From Prevotella sp. (GTDB taxonomy: Bacteria > Bacteroidota > Bacteroidia > Bacteroidales > Dysgonomonadaceae), in contig JAITVV010000017.1 of assembly GCA_031285625.1 (NCBI GenBank), forward strand, positions 1-64,000: a stretch of DNA of 64,000 bases. Direction: 5' to 3'. The translations under genes and the position numbers were made by a program. The notes under the pieces were generated by a model. The model was not told where the DNA came from and ran no database searches. It saw only the letters and a list, made by a program, of their open reading frames with translations. Positions within the stretch are counted from its first letter, which is position 1. The number at the start of each line of letters is the position of its first letter. Below are positions 61,177 to 64,000 of the stretch, one piece after another.

Positions 61177-62949
61177 ATGAATATAAATAAAAGATTAACC
61201 GCACTGCGTAGATTTATGGAAGAGAAAAGGCTGCATGCTTTTATTATTCCTAGTACTGATTCACACTTAAGTGAATACCCGGCTTCCCACTGGGCTTCAC
61301 GCGAATGGATCAGTGGATTTACCGGTTCGGCAGGCACAGTCGTTGTTACTCGCGAAAAAGCCGGTTTATGGACAGATTCGCGTTATTTTCTCCAGGCAGC
61401 AAACGAACTGAAAGAAACAGAAATAGACCTGTTTAAAGAAGGTCTACCTACAACCCCCACTATAGAAGAGTGGTTGACATCGGAACTGGGAAAAGGAGAA
61501 TATGTAGGTATAGATGGTAATGTATATGCTGCCAAAGAAGCCTTTAGCCTTACCCACAAATTAAATATGAAAGGCCTGCATATCATAAGCGATTATGATC
61601 CATTCAGTGACATATGGCACGACAGACCTGAAATACCAACAAATCCGATATTTGTACTTCCTGAAAAGTATACAGGAGAACCTGCACATAAAAAAATAAG
61701 CCGGATATGTGACAGCATAGAGAAGAATGGTGCGGAATCCTTACTTGTAGCATCTTTAGATACCATAGCCTGGATCTTCAACATAAGAGGTAATGATGTA
61801 AAATGCAATCCGGTAGCAGTAAGCTATGCTTATATTTCACGTAAAGAAACAGTCCTGTTCATTAATCCGAAAAAACTCACCCCTGAAATATCCGATTATC
61901 TCAAGGCAGAAGGAGTTACTATTGCTGAATATACAAAAGTATTTGACTATGTATCCAGACTGAAAGAACCGATCTCCCTTGATGCTAACAAGATAACATT
62001 TAGCCTGTATAATACAATTCCGGGCGAATGTAAGATCATTGATATGCCATCTACGGCAGACCTGATGAAAAGCATTAAGAACGAAACCGAGATACAAGGT
62101 TTTCGTAATGCAATGGAACGTGATGGTATTGCATTAGTACACTTTCTTATGTGGCTTGAAAAAGCTGTACCGAATGGAAATGTAACTGAGATCATGATCC
62201 CTGAAAAGCTGGTAGAATATCGTAGTCAACAAAAAAACTTTGTAGGCGAGAGTTTTGATACAATATCCGGCTATGGCCCTAATGGAGCCATTGTTCATTA
62301 TCACGTTACAGCAGAGAGCTCACTTCCTGTAAGACCTGAAGGATTCTTATTGGTGGACTCGGGAGCGCAATACTTCGACGGGACAACAGATATTACCCGT
62401 ACTATTGCTGTAGGCCCTTTGACAGATCAGATGAAGAAAGATTATACTATGGTTTTGAAAGGCCATATCGATTTGGCAACGGCAATCTACCCACAAGGCA
62501 CCAGAGGCAGCCAGCTTGATATACTGGCCCGAAAAGCATTATGGGATGAAGGTCTAAACTATTTGCATGGTACAGGACACGGCATAGGTCACTTCCTGAA
62601 TGTGCATGAAGGGCCTCAGAACATAAGGATGAACGAGAACCCCACAACATTGCAGATAGGTATGGTAACATCTAACGAACCGGGCATTTACAGAGCCGGG
62701 CAATATGGTATCCGCATAGAAAACCTGATAAAAACAAAACATGAAACCACAACCGAGTTTGGAGATTTTTATTCATTCGAAACCCTTACTCTTTGTCCGA
62801 TAGATACTACTCCTATTATAAAAGAGATGTTGACAGAAAAAGAAATCACATGGTTTAATGAATATCACAAATATGTATATGATCGTCTTTCCCCTCTATT
62901 GACTGACGACGCAAAACAATGGTTAAAAGAAAAGACAAATGAAATTTAA
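61177..62949 (+). CDS. Aminopeptidase P (peptidase M24B)
   Basis: SGFTGSAG, DSGAQYFDGTTDITRT, HGTGHGIG, VHEGP, SNEPG, GIRIEN. Confidence 0.95.
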   Translation: MNINKRLTALRRFMEEKRLHAFIIPSTDSHLSEYPASHWASREWISGFTGSAGTVVVTREKAGLWTDSRYFLQAANELKETEIDLFKEGLPTTPTIEEWLTSELGKGEYVGIDGNVYAAKEAFSLTHKLNMKGLHIISDYDPFSDIWHDRPEIPTNPIFVLPEKYTGEPAHKKISRICDSIEKNGAESLLVASLDTIAWIFNIRGNDVKCNPVAVSYAYISRKETVLFINPKKLTPEISDYLKAEGVTIAEYTKVFDYVSRLKEPISLDANKITFSLYNTIPGECKIIDMPSTADLMKSIKNETEIQGFRNAMERDGIALVHFLMWLEKAVPNGNVTEIMIPEKLVEYRSQQKNFVGESFDTISGYGPNGAIVHYHVTAESSLPVRPEGFLLVDSGAQYFDGTTDITRTIAVGPLTDQMKKDYTMVLKGHIDLATAIYPQGTRGSQLDILARKALWDEGLNYLHGTGHGIGHFLNVHEGPQNIRMNENPTTLQIGMVTSNEPGIYRAGQYGIRIENLIKTKHETTTEFGDFYSFETLTLCPIDTTPIIKEMLTEKEITWFNEYHKYVYDRLSPLLTDDAKQWLKEKTNEI

Positions 62950-64000
62950 AGCAGTTATTATACTAATGAGCCTCCTCTTCATATCTGAAATGGAGGCTCA
63001 AAATATTCAGGGTACAGATAATGGGTTTAATCTTGAAGTAACCTACCCGGGACAAGAAGGTAAAAAAATATACTTTGGGCAATACTGGAGAGGTAGCACA
63101 TACGCCCGCGACTCGGTAAAAGTGTCTGCAAGTGGCAAAGCTGTATTCTCTTCTAAAGAAAAGTATCCTGAAGGACAATACTTTATATATATAGCACCAG
63201 ACCTGAGGACTGATCTGCTAATTGGTAATGAACAAAGTAAAATACAAATAAATATCAATAGTCAGGATTATTTAAAGAGCAGCGTTTCGGGAAGTAACGA
63301 TACAAGATTATTGTGGAGTTATATGAACAAGGTTAATGAAAATGAAAGAATCATTGAAGCATTAAATGACCAGTTAGCCGACCCTAAAACTTCTTCGCAA
63401 AAGAAAGCCAGCCTTCAAAAAGAGATAGCAAAAGAAGAGGAACTGGCAGAAGCTTATATTGAAAGCCTTTTAAAAGAGAATAAAACGAGCTGGTTTACTA
63501 CCTTCCTTAAAGGTATGACCTCGGTCAATCTGCCATACCCTAATCCTAAAACAGAAAAAGAGTTTACGGATAATAAGAATTTTGGGAAAGCTCATTATTT
63601 TGATAATATAAATCTCACTGACCCTCGCTTGTGGCGAACAAACTATATGACCAGTTATATTGATACATACATGCGTCAATGGGTTGAACCGATTCCGGAT
63701 TCTTTAGCAATTGCAGCAAGTAAGTTAGTCGCAAAAACAAAAAGTAATGAAGCTTGTTTTAAAGAAATGCTGTCCTATATGGTGAATATGTCAACAACCA
63801 GTGACAGAATGGGAGACGAAAATATCTGGGCAAAGCTTTGCGAAGAATATATCTTTGATAAAAAACTTAAGTGGATCGACAGCATTCAGATGTCAGGCTT
63901 GCAATACATGTACGAGCATATAAAAAACAACCGGATAGGCATGAGAGCCCGTAATATAAAGCTCACATCAATGGATGGAAAAACAATAGAGACAAACGAT
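62939..64000 (+). CDS. Exported DUF5106/TlpA-thioredoxin-like protein, runs off the window
   Basis: ATG 62939 MKFKAVIILMSLLFISEMEAQ...; later HYFDNINLTDPRLWRT and NRIGMRARNIKL, which typically precede a redoxin domain; partial. Confidence 0.65.
   Translation, partial: MKFKAVIILMSLLFISEMEAQNIQGTDNGFNLEVTYPGQEGKKIYFGQYWRGSTYARDSVKVSASGKAVFSSKEKYPEGQYFIYIAPDLRTDLLIGNEQSKIQININSQDYLKSSVSGSNDTRLLWSYMNKVNENERIIEALNDQLADPKTSSQKKASLQKEIAKEEELAEAYIESLLKENKTSWFTTFLKGMTSVNLPYPNPKTEKEFTDNKNFGKAHYFDNINLTDPRLWRTNYMTSYIDTYMRQWVEPIPDSLAIAASKLVAKTKSNEACFKEMLSYMVNMSTTSDRMGDENIWAKLCEEYIFDKKLKWIDSIQMSGLQYMYEHIKNNRIGMRARNIKLTSMDGKTIETND

Noticed and set aside
62963-63679. Short minus-strand ORFs at the right end
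   Set aside because: Antisense to the open plus-strand gene starting at 62939 that runs off the window
1-64000. CRISPR array, rRNA or tRNA genes, reverse transcriptase/DGR
   Set aside because: No regularly spaced repeat-spacer array, cas, RT or rRNA-like sequence seen; the only tRNA-like sequence is tmRNA and its att copy

Overview
64-kb AT-rich Bacteroidales chromosomal window. Gene content, TAnnTTTG -7 promoter boxes and Q-rule signal peptides suggest a Dysgonomonas-like organism (inference). Left to right: an alpha-2-macroglobulin carrying an inserted SusC-type N-terminal domain; a small PUL (Kelch/SARP-type regulator, SusC, SusD, DUF3823-like lipoprotein, GH2); module A (outer-membrane barrel, mini-HU-like protein, TonB-dependent receptor, DUF4249-like lipoprotein, His-less pseudokinase, LytS-type kinase, LytTR regulator); a third, divergent kinase/LytTR pair; tmRNA (ssrA) with a ~10.3-kb island bounded by 73-bp direct repeats; a LuxR pseudogene; cydDC-like ABC genes; module B (CPBP protease, unannotated mini-HU, TonB-dependent receptor, pseudokinase, kinase, LytTR); then housekeeping genes and a T9SS cargo plus PID-CTERM-like gene pair. 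The island holds a broken integrase, an IS end, a decayed AbiEii toxin-antitoxin pair and an intact two-gene cargo: a membrane-anchored 510-aa protein and a ~1850-aa exported TPR protein. The best candidates for undescribed systems are this island cargo pair and the twice-occurring receptor/mini-HU/pseudokinase/kinase/LytTR module with 21-bp-spaced promoter repeats. Family assignments are from motif recognition by eye, not database searches.
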